From NCBI GenBank assembly GCA_963662405.2, contig CAXXKT010000001.1:800001-864000 (forward strand): a stretch of 64,000 bases of DNA, given 5' to 3'. Made by a program: the position numbers and the translations under genes. This document shows, one piece after another, positions 40,035 to 49,683 of the stretch (its first letter is position 1; each line of letters begins with the position of its first letter). The notes under the pieces were generated by a model. That model saw only the letters and a list, made by a program, of their open reading frames with translations, was not told where the DNA came from and did not search any database. The DNA comes from Syntrophales bacterium (GTDB lineage Bacteria > Desulfobacterota > Syntrophia > Syntrophales > UBA2210).

Positions 40035-40261
40035 GGGACATTCCCCGTATCTTAAGAAGGTCGGCCTTTTCCTCCCTTGCTGTTGTTTTCCTGCATGGAT
40101 GAAGAAATCCGATCAAGGAAAATTGCGGGTAACGGGAAGCCGTTCGTGGTTTTTGTCAAGATTTATTCGATGATGAAACCCTCCCGGATTGACAGGGTAT
40201 GTAATATCTGAGATAAAAAATCCCTTACAAAAAAACAAACACGCATACAGGAGGGGCGGAA

Positions 40262-41272
40262 ATGAGGGCAGCGGTACTTCGCGGTGCAAACGATATCAGG
40301 ATGGAGACGGTTCCCGATCCCGTCGCCGAACCGCACGGGATTGTCATCAAGGTCAAGGCGTGTGGCGTATGCGGCTCCGACCTGCATGAATACAAATCCG
40401 GGAAAAATCCGGGGACGATCTTCGGCCACGAGTTCAGCGGCGACGTGGCGCAGGTGGGGGAACATGTGACCGGGATCAATGTTGGAGATCGGGTGACAGC
40501 CGTGGGTTTCCGTGCCTGCGGAAAATGCCTCTGGTGCAGTCAGGGCAAGCCCCACCGGTGCTCAGATATGGCCCTGGTAGGGTATCAGCTCCCCGGCGCG
40601 ATGGCGGAATATGTCTCGATCCCCATCGCGGCGGTCGGACAGACCGTCTTTCCCCTCCCTGAGGGATTGACCTATGAAGACGCGGCCCAGGTAGAGCCTC
40701 TCTCCATATCGCTCTACTCGGTCAGACGGGCCAAGCCGAAGGAGACGGACACGGCCGTTGTCCTGGGTGCCGGAGTGATCGGTCTGAACGCCATACAGGT
40801 CCTCAAATCGATGGGTGTCAAAACCGTCCTGGTGAGCGCCCGGAGGCCGTCACGCCTTGCGGCCGCGAAGACATGCGGGGCCGATCTGATCATCGATGCG
40901 GCCCAGGATGATCCCGTTCCGGCCATCATGGAGGCAACCAAAGGGATGGGGGCGGAGATCGTCGTCGAGTGCGCCGGGTCTCCCGCTACCTTCGATCAGG
41001 CCGTCGAGGTGGCCAGCGGTGCGGGAAAGGTCGCCTTGGTGGCGATATACGAACAGCCCCTCACCTGGGACCCGTCACCGGTCATCAGCAAGAACCTGAC
41101 CCTCATCGGATGTCTCGGAGGGAACTTTCCCGGCTCGATCGATCTCATCCGAACGGGACAGGCTACGACGCGTCCCTTCGTCACCCATCGGTTCCCGCTG
41201 GAGCGGGCGGACGAGGCATTCAAGACGGCAATCACCGATCCCGGGGCGATCAAGGTCATGATCATCCCGTAA
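40262..41272 (+). CDS. Zinc-dependent medium-chain alcohol dehydrogenase
   Basis: GVCGSDLH, GHEFSG, structural Zn CxxCxxC..C, GAGVIG. Confidence 0.93.
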   Translation: MRAAVLRGANDIRMETVPDPVAEPHGIVIKVKACGVCGSDLHEYKSGKNPGTIFGHEFSGDVAQVGEHVTGINVGDRVTAVGFRACGKCLWCSQGKPHRCSDMALVGYQLPGAMAEYVSIPIAAVGQTVFPLPEGLTYEDAAQVEPLSISLYSVRRAKPKETDTAVVLGAGVIGLNAIQVLKSMGVKTVLVSARRPSRLAAAKTCGADLIIDAAQDDPVPAIMEATKGMGAEIVVECAGSPATFDQAVEVASGAGKVALVAIYEQPLTWDPSPVISKNLTLIGCLGGNFPGSIDLIRTGQATTRPFVTHRFPLERADEAFKTAITDPGAIKVMIIP

Positions 41273-41469
41273 AAAAGGGCTGAACATCCCAACGCCCTGG
41301 AATGGTTGAATGACGAATATAATCGTAGTATCATGAGGTAACTGCTGACAGAATCGTGACCGGATCGATTCCCGTTTTTCTGCTGATCGACATATTGGTA
41401 TCCGTCTCTTCTCTGCTGAAGAAACCCGCCGAAGATCATGCGGCATCAAGTGGACGCAGAAAGGGTCGT

Positions 41470-42273
41470 ATGAAAACAATATCTCTGATCATCCTCACCG
41501 GTGTTTTCCTCTGTGCCGTGACACCCGCCCACGGCTTCAGGGAACTGACCCGCGAGGAAAAGATGATTGCGGTGAATGCCGGAGCGCTCCTTGCCATAGC
41601 CGGGTGGGGGGCCGCCTTTTGGGATTACGGGGAGTCTTCCCCCGCCCTGAAGGACGAGGGATGGTTCCAGGAGGACACGGACAAGGGCGGCGCGGACAAG
41701 CTGGGGCATTTCTACACCAACTATCTCGTCGGCCGCGGCCTCTCATCCCTTTACGGGTCATGGGGATATGAGCCCGGACGGGCCGCCCTTTACGGGGCGT
41801 TGTCATCCTTCGGGGTGATGGGGTTCATGGAGATCGGTGATTCCATCAGTGATTACGGCTTCTCGCACTCGGATCTGATCATGAACCTGCTGGGGAGTTG
41901 TGCGGGATACCTGCTCGACACCCACCCGGCGATCGCGCGTAAGATCGATTTCCGAGTGGAGTATGTCCCCGACTTCCAGGAGGCCGATATCGTGACGGAC
42001 TACGATCGGATGCGGTTCCTCGTCGCCGTGAAACTGGACGGATTCGATGTGGTCACCAACAACTACCTCAAATATCTGGAGCTGCACCTGGGGTATTATG
42101 TGGACGGATACCAGGAGGCGGGGGACGACCGGAGCCGGAAGGTATACGCCGGTATCGGGATCAATCTCTCCCGGATATTCAGGACCCGGTCATGTCCCAC
42201 GGCGGCGAAGGTCTTCAATTATTATCAGGTTCCCCATACCTCCATCAAACTGAACAGGGATCTGAACGAATAG
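41470..42273 (+). CDS. Exported DUF2279/YfiM-like protein
   Basis: Signal peptide, GGADKLGH, E.GD...YGFS.SDL..N..G. Confidence 0.75.
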   Translation: MKTISLIILTGVFLCAVTPAHGFRELTREEKMIAVNAGALLAIAGWGAAFWDYGESSPALKDEGWFQEDTDKGGADKLGHFYTNYLVGRGLSSLYGSWGYEPGRAALYGALSSFGVMGFMEIGDSISDYGFSHSDLIMNLLGSCAGYLLDTHPAIARKIDFRVEYVPDFQEADIVTDYDRMRFLVAVKLDGFDVVTNNYLKYLELHLGYYVDGYQEAGDDRSRKVYAGIGINLSRIFRTRSCPTAAKVFNYYQVPHTSIKLNRDLNE

Positions 42274-42284
42274 CCACCCCCCCG

Positions 42285-43037
42285 TCAGGCCGTTTGCCCG
42301 CGTGACTTTCTCAGGCGCACCGGTTCCGCCTCCCGTTTGCGGATCTTCAGGTTCAGTATCTCGACGCAGGTGGAGAACATCACCGCGAAGTAGATGTATC
42401 CCTTGGGGATGTGAAACCCCATTCCCTCCGCCACGAGGGTCACGCCGATCAGGATGAGAAAACTGAGGGCAAGCATCTTGATGGTCGGATGGGTATCGAC
42501 AAAGGTGCCGATCGGTCCCGCGGCGAACATCATCACCACTACGGCGATGACAATGGCGAGGATCATGATATGGACGTGCTGGGCGAGACCCACGGCGGTG
42601 ATGACCGAGTCGAGGGAAAAAATGATGTCGAGCACCATGATCTCCACCAGGACACCGACAAAGCTCTTCATCGCCGCCCGTCCTCCGGCATGCGGCGCCT
42701 CACCGCTCTCGAGGCTGTTGTGGATCTCGAAGGTACTCTTAATAAAGAGGAAAATACCGCCGCCGATCAGGATGAAGTCGCGCCCTGCGAATTCATGACC
42801 GAAGAGGGTGAGCCAGGGCCGTGTCAGGGTCATGATCCAGACGAGGGAAAGGAGAAGAGCGATTCGGCTTATCATGGCCAGGGCGAGACCGATGACCCGT
42901 GCTCTCTGGCGTCGCCCCTCGGGGAGGCGTCCCACCAGGACGGAGATAAAGATGATATTGTCGATGCCCAGGACGATCTCCAGGGCCGTCAGGGTCGCGA
43001 GGGCAACCCACGATTGAGGGTCAAAAAGCCATTCCAT
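42285..43037 (-). CDS. TerC family membrane protein
   Basis: LEIVLGIDNIIFI, DIIFSLDSVITAVG, HPTIKMLAL. Confidence 0.93.
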   Translation of the reverse strand: MEWLFDPQSWVALATLTALEIVLGIDNIIFISVLVGRLPEGRRQRARVIGLALAMISRIALLLSLVWIMTLTRPWLTLFGHEFAGRDFILIGGGIFLFIKSTFEIHNSLESGEAPHAGGRAAMKSFVGVLVEIMVLDIIFSLDSVITAVGLAQHVHIMILAIVIAVVVMMFAAGPIGTFVDTHPTIKMLALSFLILIGVTLVAEGMGFHIPKGYIYFAVMFSTCVEILNLKIRKREAEPVRLRKSRGQTA

Positions 43038-43061
43038 GGTGCGCTCCTGTAATGGGCGGTT

Positions 43062-43871
43062 TTATAATATGTCCTTGTTTCTGAGGGCGTGGACAACGAG
43101 AAAGGTGTTCCACTCGCGGTCGGCTTTTCCCCACGTTCCGTCAGGATGCTGCGTTGCGGCGAGATATGCGAAGGCCCTTTTCACCTGCCCTTCGGCCGTC
43201 TTCAGATCGAGATGGGCCAGGGCGTTGACCGTCTGATAGAGGGGGACGGGTTTCCCCCACCGTCCCGACTCCTCCTGGACCGCGGACAGCCGTGGCACGA
43301 GCATCTCCGTGGCTGCATGTCGTGCATAGACGGGGTGGACGACAAGGGCCCGCAGGACATTGTTCGCCGATAACCACCCCGGCTGGTGAGCTCTTTTCGA
43401 AAGGATACGGTGACAGACCCCTTCATACCGGTCCAGGACGGTGGGATCGTGCGTTCGACCAAAGATCGTCGCCAGAAAGAGGGTCGCCCCCATTGCAAAA
43501 ATATGCCACGAACCCGCGGTGAAGGGGAGTGCACCAAGCGTTTCTCCCCGCATGGATTCGCGCGTGAGCGGTTGTCCCCCTCTCACCGGCAGTGCCCGTT
43601 CGATGAGCCAGTCCAGTGCCTTGTCGATCTGTTGATTCGGTTCCCTGACCGTCAGATGGAGACCGAAAAGATGCCGTACCGTCTCGATAATCGAGCCGCC
43701 CCATGAACCGTCCGGGGACTGGCCCGCGAGGAGTTTCTGCGCTGCCTTCTGGAAATCCATCTTCCACCGGGGAGTGAGTTCCTGCCCGAGCCACCGCTGT
43801 CGCGCATAAATCCCGACCGGTGATTGACTGGATGCGAACGGTGTATACGGATTGTGTCTGATAGTCACCAT
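43062..43871 (-). CDS. Prenyltransferase/squalene-cyclase (QW) repeat protein
   Basis: Three repeats: LLAGQSPDGSWG, LSAVQEESGRWG, LAATQHPDGTWG; SD AAGGAGG. Confidence 0.7.
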   Translation of the reverse strand: MVTIRHNPYTPFASSQSPVGIYARQRWLGQELTPRWKMDFQKAAQKLLAGQSPDGSWGGSIIETVRHLFGLHLTVREPNQQIDKALDWLIERALPVRGGQPLTRESMRGETLGALPFTAGSWHIFAMGATLFLATIFGRTHDPTVLDRYEGVCHRILSKRAHQPGWLSANNVLRALVVHPVYARHAATEMLVPRLSAVQEESGRWGKPVPLYQTVNALAHLDLKTAEGQVKRAFAYLAATQHPDGTWGKADREWNTFLVVHALRNKDIL

Positions 43872-43980
43872 GGCTACACCTCCTTGTCAACCGATCGGCG
43901 GCTCTCCGGATTACGTCACGTTGCCACGCCCCACTTAGACGGGTCTTCTCACCTGTTCCAAAGGGGATGTGGATGCCTCC

Positions 43981-44496
43981 TCAGCCCTGGTATGCCACCT
44001 CGCCTGCGGCCCGTACAATCTCTCCGTAGTAGATCCGGTGGTAATCCTTCTGGGGATAGCTTTCCTCGATGGTAGGATCGAGAAAGTTGTCCGGAGTCAT
44101 ATCCTGCCAGTAGAGCTTTCGGCATTCCAGGATCAGCTCTGCCTCTTGGTATGCAGGTGCCTCCACCACCTTCGATTCGATTACGGTCAGACCCGATTCA
44201 ATGATCTTGTCGGAATCCCTCCCCGATTTTGTCCCCAGGATCGTCAGCGCCTTCTTGTTCTCCTTCGGAAAAGCACAGAGGGTAAAAGTTTGGTATTTAT
44301 CCATATACTGGCGTGTATGACGGGTCGGTCTGACCACCACCTGGACAAAAGGTCTGCCCCACATTCCACCTATGGAACCCCACCCGACCGTCATGGCGTT
44401 GAAGTCGTCACGGGTCCCCGCCGTGAGGAGAAGCCACTGTTTCAGCCATATCCCCACACCACCTACCTGGAACTTTGCCACGTCAATCTCTTTCAT
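43981..44496 (-). CDS. Flavin reductase/flavoredoxin family protein
   Basis: NAMTVGWG, VRPTRHT, GTKSGRDSDK, LECR, YHRIYYGEI. Confidence 0.88.
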   Translation of the reverse strand: MKEIDVAKFQVGGVGIWLKQWLLLTAGTRDDFNAMTVGWGSIGGMWGRPFVQVVVRPTRHTRQYMDKYQTFTLCAFPKENKKALTILGTKSGRDSDKIIESGLTVIESKVVEAPAYQEAELILECRKLYWQDMTPDNFLDPTIEESYPQKDYHRIYYGEIVRAAGEVAYQG

Positions 44497-44582
44497 ATGC
44501 TGATCCTCTTTCCTCATTTCACTCAATTGTGAAAAAACTGTTTGCTCGTTTTGCGTTATGACACGAGGGGTTGGCGACGATT

Positions 44583-45107
44583 TTATTGATCCTCCTTTCG
44601 TGCCAATCGCTCCTGTTCATCAAGGATGATCTGTGTAGCCATCCGTGCCGTTTCCCCCACCAGCGTCGAACATTTGTCGGGAAGTCCCGCCGCGAAGGCG
44701 GCCTTCATCTCTTCGGGGTCGTAGAGGTTGTAAAATCGCCCGAACGTTTTTTCCTGTATGTTGAAGCACCGGCAGGTACCGTATTTCTCCACGAACTGGT
44801 CGTGCAATTTCTTTGAAAGGATGCAGGCATGGAGCTGTTTCATCATGTCGGGAAACTCCTCCAGCGACCGGCCGAAAAAGTAACTGATTGCCATCGCTCC
44901 TCCTGACAGCGCTCCGCAGTGTCCGTCCCCGGTGAGACCGACTCCGTCGGCAAGTCCCGTCGCGGCCTTGAAAACCCCCTCGTCCTCAACACCCAGGGCG
45001 TCAAAGATGCCGGCGAGGGCACACTGTCCGCACCCGCCACTCCTCATCTCATACTGTTTCGCCTTTTCGAAAGCCTGTGCCAGTATTTCATCCTTCGCTT
45101 CTTTCAT
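44583..45107 (-). CDS. C_GCAxxG_C_C family redox-active protein
   Basis: GGCGQC, HCGALSGG, YGTCRC, DKC. Confidence 0.88.
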   Translation of the reverse strand: MKEAKDEILAQAFEKAKQYEMRSGGCGQCALAGIFDALGVEDEGVFKAATGLADGVGLTGDGHCGALSGGAMAISYFFGRSLEEFPDMMKQLHACILSKKLHDQFVEKYGTCRCFNIQEKTFGRFYNLYDPEEMKAAFAAGLPDKCSTLVGETARMATQIILDEQERLARKEDQ

Positions 45108-45208
45108 GCGAGTCTCTCCCTCCTTCGTATAGTTTCAACTGTCGTCCCACCTTAAAAAAGGCGGCTGAAAAGAGCAACCCCTTAACCGGTATCGAGCTAT
45201 CATTTTCT

Positions 45209-45841
45209 TTATGTAAGGTGCCGCACGCCGGTGACCCAGAAATAGATCCCGAATACGAACAGCATGACGGCGCAGGTGCCGATGATACCGCGATAGATTC
45301 GATCGCTGATGTACCTTCTTCCCCGTGAGACGAAGAGCGAGACGGTGCTGAACCACGCCAGGTCGGAAAGGATATGTCCGGCGAAGAAGATCGCCAGCCC
45401 GAGCACGCCGAATTTCATCGAGACGATCACGTACCCCAGGCCGATCGTTGCCCACCAGATAGTCCAGTAAGGGTTGGCGAGACTCGTGAGGATACCCGCA
45501 ACGACCGGGCCACCCCAGGCACGTTTCCCTTCTGAAAGATCAAGGGTGCGGTATCGTATGCCCCTGAGCATGTCGAAGGACATCCAGAGGAGGACCACAC
45601 CTCCTGCTACCCCGACGATTCCCAAAAGCCAGGGTCGTGCGATCAGGTCCGCGAACCCGAGGAGAAGAAGAACGAGAAGTGTTATCTCAAGGATAGCATG
45701 CCCCAGGACGATGAGAGGGCCGGCGGAAAAACCCCGCCGGGTGGTCTCACTCACGGTTACGGTCAGGACCGGGCCGGGCATCATGGCCCCCGAGAGACCG
45801 ATAATAAATGAAGAGATAAATATCGCTGCCAGTGTTTCCAA
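45209..45841 (-). CDS. LysE family transporter
   Basis: GLSGAMMPGP, GHAILE, SLANPYWTIWW. Confidence 0.88.
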   Translation of the reverse strand: METLAAIFISSFIIGLSGAMMPGPVLTVTVSETTRRGFSAGPLIVLGHAILEITLLVLLLLGFADLIARPWLLGIVGVAGGVVLLWMSFDMLRGIRYRTLDLSEGKRAWGGPVVAGILTSLANPYWTIWWATIGLGYVIVSMKFGVLGLAIFFAGHILSDLAWFSTVSLFVSRGRRYISDRIYRGIIGTCAVMLFVFGIYFWVTGVRHLT

Positions 45842-45978
45842 TCGTCACACCTTGTACTGAAACGGCATACCATCGATACGGCCGCTTTTTGATATTGACC
45901 ATGCCCCTTCGGAATTTTTTATCGACTTCACCGGCTGAATTATGTAGTATCACCCTTCCGCAGAGGATGCCAGGTAAA

Positions 45979-46545
45979 ATGAATAGAAGACCTCTCCCGA
46001 TCCGCCTATACGCCGCCACCCTTGTCTGCACGTTGATTTTGTGGGTGTGTGCGGGGGGATCTGCCCAGGCATCAGGACAGGGTGATACCAGGATCCTTGA
46101 AGACGGGGCGTATTTCCCGGCACTGATGGAGATGATTGATCGGGCGAAAAGCGAAATCGTCATGGCCTTCTTCCTCTTCAAGACAAACGGGCACGAAACC
46201 AATCGCCCCGACAGGATAGCCGCCGCTCTCGGCCGCGCTGCCGGACGGGGAATTCGGGTTCGGGTCATTCTTGAAAAACGAAAAGATGATCGGGGTTCCC
46301 TGGCCGATGCGAGCAACGAAGAGACGGCCAGGCGCCTCAAGAAACGGGGAATCGACGTCGGGTTTGATTCACCGCGAACCACCACGCACACGAAGGTGAT
46401 TGTCATAGACGGGCGCTACCTGTTTTTGGGGAGTCATAATCTGACAAACTCCGCGCTCAAATATAATCATGAACTGTCCGTCTGTATTGATTCCCCGTCG
46501 TTGGCGGGGGAGGTTTTACGCTATATCAACACGCTCGATAGATAA
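45979..46545 (+). CDS. Single-HKD phospholipase D/Nuc-like exported protein
   Basis: Signal/TM segment, HTKVIVID, GSHN, NHE. Confidence 0.85.
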   Translation: MNRRPLPIRLYAATLVCTLILWVCAGGSAQASGQGDTRILEDGAYFPALMEMIDRAKSEIVMAFFLFKTNGHETNRPDRIAAALGRAAGRGIRVRVILEKRKDDRGSLADASNEETARRLKKRGIDVGFDSPRTTTHTKVIVIDGRYLFLGSHNLTNSALKYNHELSVCIDSPSLAGEVLRYINTLDR

Positions 46546-46552
46546 AAGGCTT

Positions 46553-48463
46553 ATGAAACGCTCATCACCGATAATAGTCTTGTTCTGTGCGGCTCTCGCG
46601 CTTTTTGCCGCTGGCTGTGCCAGAGCCCCGGTAAAGTCCACCCCCCCGCCCGTCCAAACGGGGATACCGGCGGCGGCGATCCAGTCATTCGACAGTGCCG
46701 AGGCGGCATATGGGAAAGGGCGTTTTGATGAGGCAATGGCCCTGTACAACGAACTCCTCAGGCGCTTTCCATCGGGACGAGTGGCCTTCGTTTCCCATCT
46801 CAGAAAGGGAGAGATATTCGCCTCCCGCGGGGAATACGACCAGGCCATCGAAGAACTGACACTCCTCCCCGCAGGATTCGAGAAGGATCCCCTTTCTGCC
46901 GAGGCCCGGTACTATCTGGCCCTTTCCCATATGGGATTGAAGCAGTATGAACCTGCGGATGAGATTGTCAAGGCGCTTCTCCATGAAACGGTTCCCTCGT
47001 ATCTCAAGGCCACGGTTGAGTACCTGAAGGGGGATATTCTTGCACAGAAAGGCGATCAGAGGGGGGCTCTCAACTGGTACCTGCGAGCGCTTGGAAGCGG
47101 GCCGGAAAAAGGGCTGAAAGGATCGATTCAAAAGAAAGCCGGTGAGATCATCACCACGTTCCTCTCCCTGTATGAACTCACAGAGATGGAGGAGGAGTAC
47201 ACCTGGGGGGTATTCCCTTCGGGGTACATCGCCTATGGCCTCGCCAAGGCCTCTTATCGAGCGAGGGATTTTGACGGGGCGGAGAGATACCTGGAGCGTC
47301 TCCTTTCGGATACCGGGCACCCCCTGCTCGAAGAAGCGAAATCTCTCAGCAGGAGAATCGTCGCCGCGAGACTGGTGAATCCAACGGCGATCGGGTGTGT
47401 TCTTCCCCTCACCGGGAGGTATGCCTCCTACGGCAGGCGGGTCTTGGATGCTATTATCCTCGCCTCCGGGGTATTTGATCCCTGGCAAGATACCCCCATC
47501 GAGCTCTTCATTGAAGACTCGAAGGGTGATCCCGCGACCGCCCGAGAGGCGATGAAGCGGTTGGCCACAGAGCATCGTGTGATCGGTATTATCGGACCGC
47601 TCGGGAGCGCGGCTTCCCAAGCAGCTGCAGAGGAGGCTCAGGAACTGGGAACTCCCACTATCACACTGACCCAGATGATGGGCATCACCGAGACGGGTAA
47701 TTACGTCTTCCGAAACTTTCTGACAGGCGGAGCCCAAATCCATACCCTCGTTTCTTATGCCATGCAAAACCTTGGTATAATGGATTTCGCCATTCTCTAT
47801 CCCAGTGACCCGTATGGGACAGAGATGATGTACCTTTTCTGGGATGAGGTGCTTCGGCAGGGGGGGACGATGCGGGGGGTGGAGACATATGTTCCCGGGC
47901 AGACCACTGACTTCAGCGGGCAGATCAAAGCGCTCGTGGGGCTGAACCAGTCCGAGGAAGACGAACCGGAGAAAAAGACCAATCCGGTCGTGGATTTTGA
48001 TGCGCTCTTTATACCCGATTCCCCCTCCGTGGTCAGTATGATAGCCCCGCAGTTGGCCTTCTATGATGTCATCGGGGTGCAGCTTATGGGAACCAATATC
48101 TGGAATTCTTTGGAGTTACTGAAAGAAAACAACGAATACCTTGAAGGTGCCATTTTTACCGATTGCTTTTTTCTGAACAGTACCCGACCCGAGGTCAGGG
48201 AGTTTATCGATCGGTTTTACGTTGCATGGGGGAGAGAACCCGACAGTGTCGAGGCCCTTGCGTACGAAACGGCACAAATCATCGTCAAACTGATCGCGGA
48301 AGGGGCAGTTGAGATCAGAGAAGATCTGAGGGATCAGCTCTCACGAATTGAAAACTACCCCGGCATAACGGGCACGATTTCCTTTTTGGATGAGCGAGAC
48401 GCTCAAAGACCTCTCCACATCCTCGCGGTAGTGGATAACGAGATTATCCGAATCCGCCCGTAG
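46553..48463 (+). CDS. TPR plus periplasmic-binding-fold lipoprotein (LpoA-like PBP activator)
   Basis: Lipobox FAAGC, TPR-like helices, IGCVLPLTG, IIGPL, FDALFIPD, GITG. Confidence 0.8.
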   Translation: MKRSSPIIVLFCAALALFAAGCARAPVKSTPPPVQTGIPAAAIQSFDSAEAAYGKGRFDEAMALYNELLRRFPSGRVAFVSHLRKGEIFASRGEYDQAIEELTLLPAGFEKDPLSAEARYYLALSHMGLKQYEPADEIVKALLHETVPSYLKATVEYLKGDILAQKGDQRGALNWYLRALGSGPEKGLKGSIQKKAGEIITTFLSLYELTEMEEEYTWGVFPSGYIAYGLAKASYRARDFDGAERYLERLLSDTGHPLLEEAKSLSRRIVAARLVNPTAIGCVLPLTGRYASYGRRVLDAIILASGVFDPWQDTPIELFIEDSKGDPATAREAMKRLATEHRVIGIIGPLGSAASQAAAEEAQELGTPTITLTQMMGITETGNYVFRNFLTGGAQIHTLVSYAMQNLGIMDFAILYPSDPYGTEMMYLFWDEVLRQGGTMRGVETYVPGQTTDFSGQIKALVGLNQSEEDEPEKKTNPVVDFDALFIPDSPSVVSMIAPQLAFYDVIGVQLMGTNIWNSLELLKENNEYLEGAIFTDCFFLNSTRPEVREFIDRFYVAWGREPDSVEALAYETAQIIVKLIAEGAVEIREDLRDQLSRIENYPGITGTISFLDERDAQRPLHILAVVDNEIIRIRP

Positions 48464-48490
48464 CATGAATCATCATCACCTGCGGCCGGG

Positions 48491-48832
48491 TCAGGTCGTC
48501 TCCGCACCCGTCGGAATAAGGCACATGAAACGAAACACGGTCCCGCCCCGGTTTGTCAGGCAGTGCTCCTCGTTCGGGGGGATAAAAATCGTGTCACCTT
48601 CCCCCACCGGTGTTTCAACCCCCTTCCCGTTTCTGGCAACCGCCTCACCCTGCAGCACGAATATCTCATGTTCCCAGGGATGCTCATGCAGGGGGCTGGA
48701 CGCCCCCGGATCCAGGTCGAAGATCCTCATGATGAAATTCGGTGCCCCTTCATCCTCTCCGATGACGACCCGTTTCTTGACTCCTTCCATCATCGGAGCG
48801 GCTTCCACATCTTCATAATGGCGAATCAGCAA
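48491..48832 (-). CDS. Cupin domain protein
   Basis: HEHPWEHEIFVLQG, GDTIFIPPNEEH. Confidence 0.9.
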   Translation of the reverse strand: MLIRHYEDVEAAPMMEGVKKRVVIGEDEGAPNFIMRIFDLDPGASSPLHEHPWEHEIFVLQGEAVARNGKGVETPVGEGDTIFIPPNEEHCLTNRGGTVFRFMCLIPTGAETT

Positions 48833-48874
48833 TGCCCGTGCCCTCTCTTTCCTGGAATTCCCGAATCCGGCCGC

Positions 48875-49591
48875 CTATGCCTCAGCCGCCGATTTAAGAT
48901 CGGCTTTACGTCTGGAGGGAATCTTTTTGTACTTCAGCGACGATCTGATCGTACCCACAATTTGTTCCGTGCCAAGAAACTCCGTATTGATGACGAGATC
49001 GTAATTAGCGGGATCCTCGATGTCCACCTTGAAATTCTGTTTCACCGAATCTCTCCGTTCGGCGTCTTTCAGGAGGATCTGTTTCCGTGCCTCTTCTTCT
49101 GCAATGCCGACTTCCTGAGCCATATTGCGAACCCGTGCCTCCAGAGAAGCAATGAACCGCACGCGCAAGGTCTCTTCGGGTGGGAGAATCAGGTTGGCAC
49201 CCCTTCCGATAATAAGGACTTCCCCCTGCTCTCCGATGGCACCGATCACCTTCGTCAGGTGGCGCACATATTCGTCGGACCGGAGAAAGCGGGTGGTTTT
49301 CAGGTATAGTATCCAGTTGTCGAGAAGACTCCGTGTCTTTTCATCAAGATACGAGACAATCTTCTCGCTCATCCTGACACTTTTCGCCACCTCGTGAATG
49401 ATCTTACCATCAATAATATCGAGATTGAGTTCCTGTGATATCTTTTGCACCAGGGCATTGCCGATACTTCCCGTCTCTCGCGAGACGGTGACGACCGGCA
49501 GGGGTACTTCACCCTTGTTTTTCCTTCTCTCGTTGGAGACTTCCCATTTCTTTACCTGTTCTTCGATAAGACGATCAAGTTCCGGCACCAT
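48875..49591 (-). CDS. Cytidylate kinase-like family protein
   Basis: VVTVSRETGS.G, IIGRGA, DPANYDLVINT; start ATG 49591 after GAGGAGG. Confidence 0.85.
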   Translation of the reverse strand: MVPELDRLIEEQVKKWEVSNERRKNKGEVPLPVVTVSRETGSIGNALVQKISQELNLDIIDGKIIHEVAKSVRMSEKIVSYLDEKTRSLLDNWILYLKTTRFLRSDEYVRHLTKVIGAIGEQGEVLIIGRGANLILPPEETLRVRFIASLEARVRNMAQEVGIAEEEARKQILLKDAERRDSVKQNFKVDIEDPANYDLVINTEFLGTEQIVGTIRSSLKYKKIPSRRKADLKSAAEA

Positions 49592-49683
49592 AGCTTCCCT
49601 CCTCGTGGTTGCATACAGACTCGAAAAGACCCACCATCTCGAACAATACGTCATGTTAAATGTAGTACACTGCCCGGAGGCTG

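Noticed and set aside
44583..45107. Selenocysteine in the C_GCAxxG_C_C protein
   Set aside because: The ORF is continuous with Cys codons and has no in-frame TGA
49581..49591. TCCGGCACCAT matching the tRNA-Leu 3' end as a possible attR of an 11-kb island
   Set aside because: Only 11 bp, coincides with the first codons of a gene, no integrase, and the intervening genes look chromosomal
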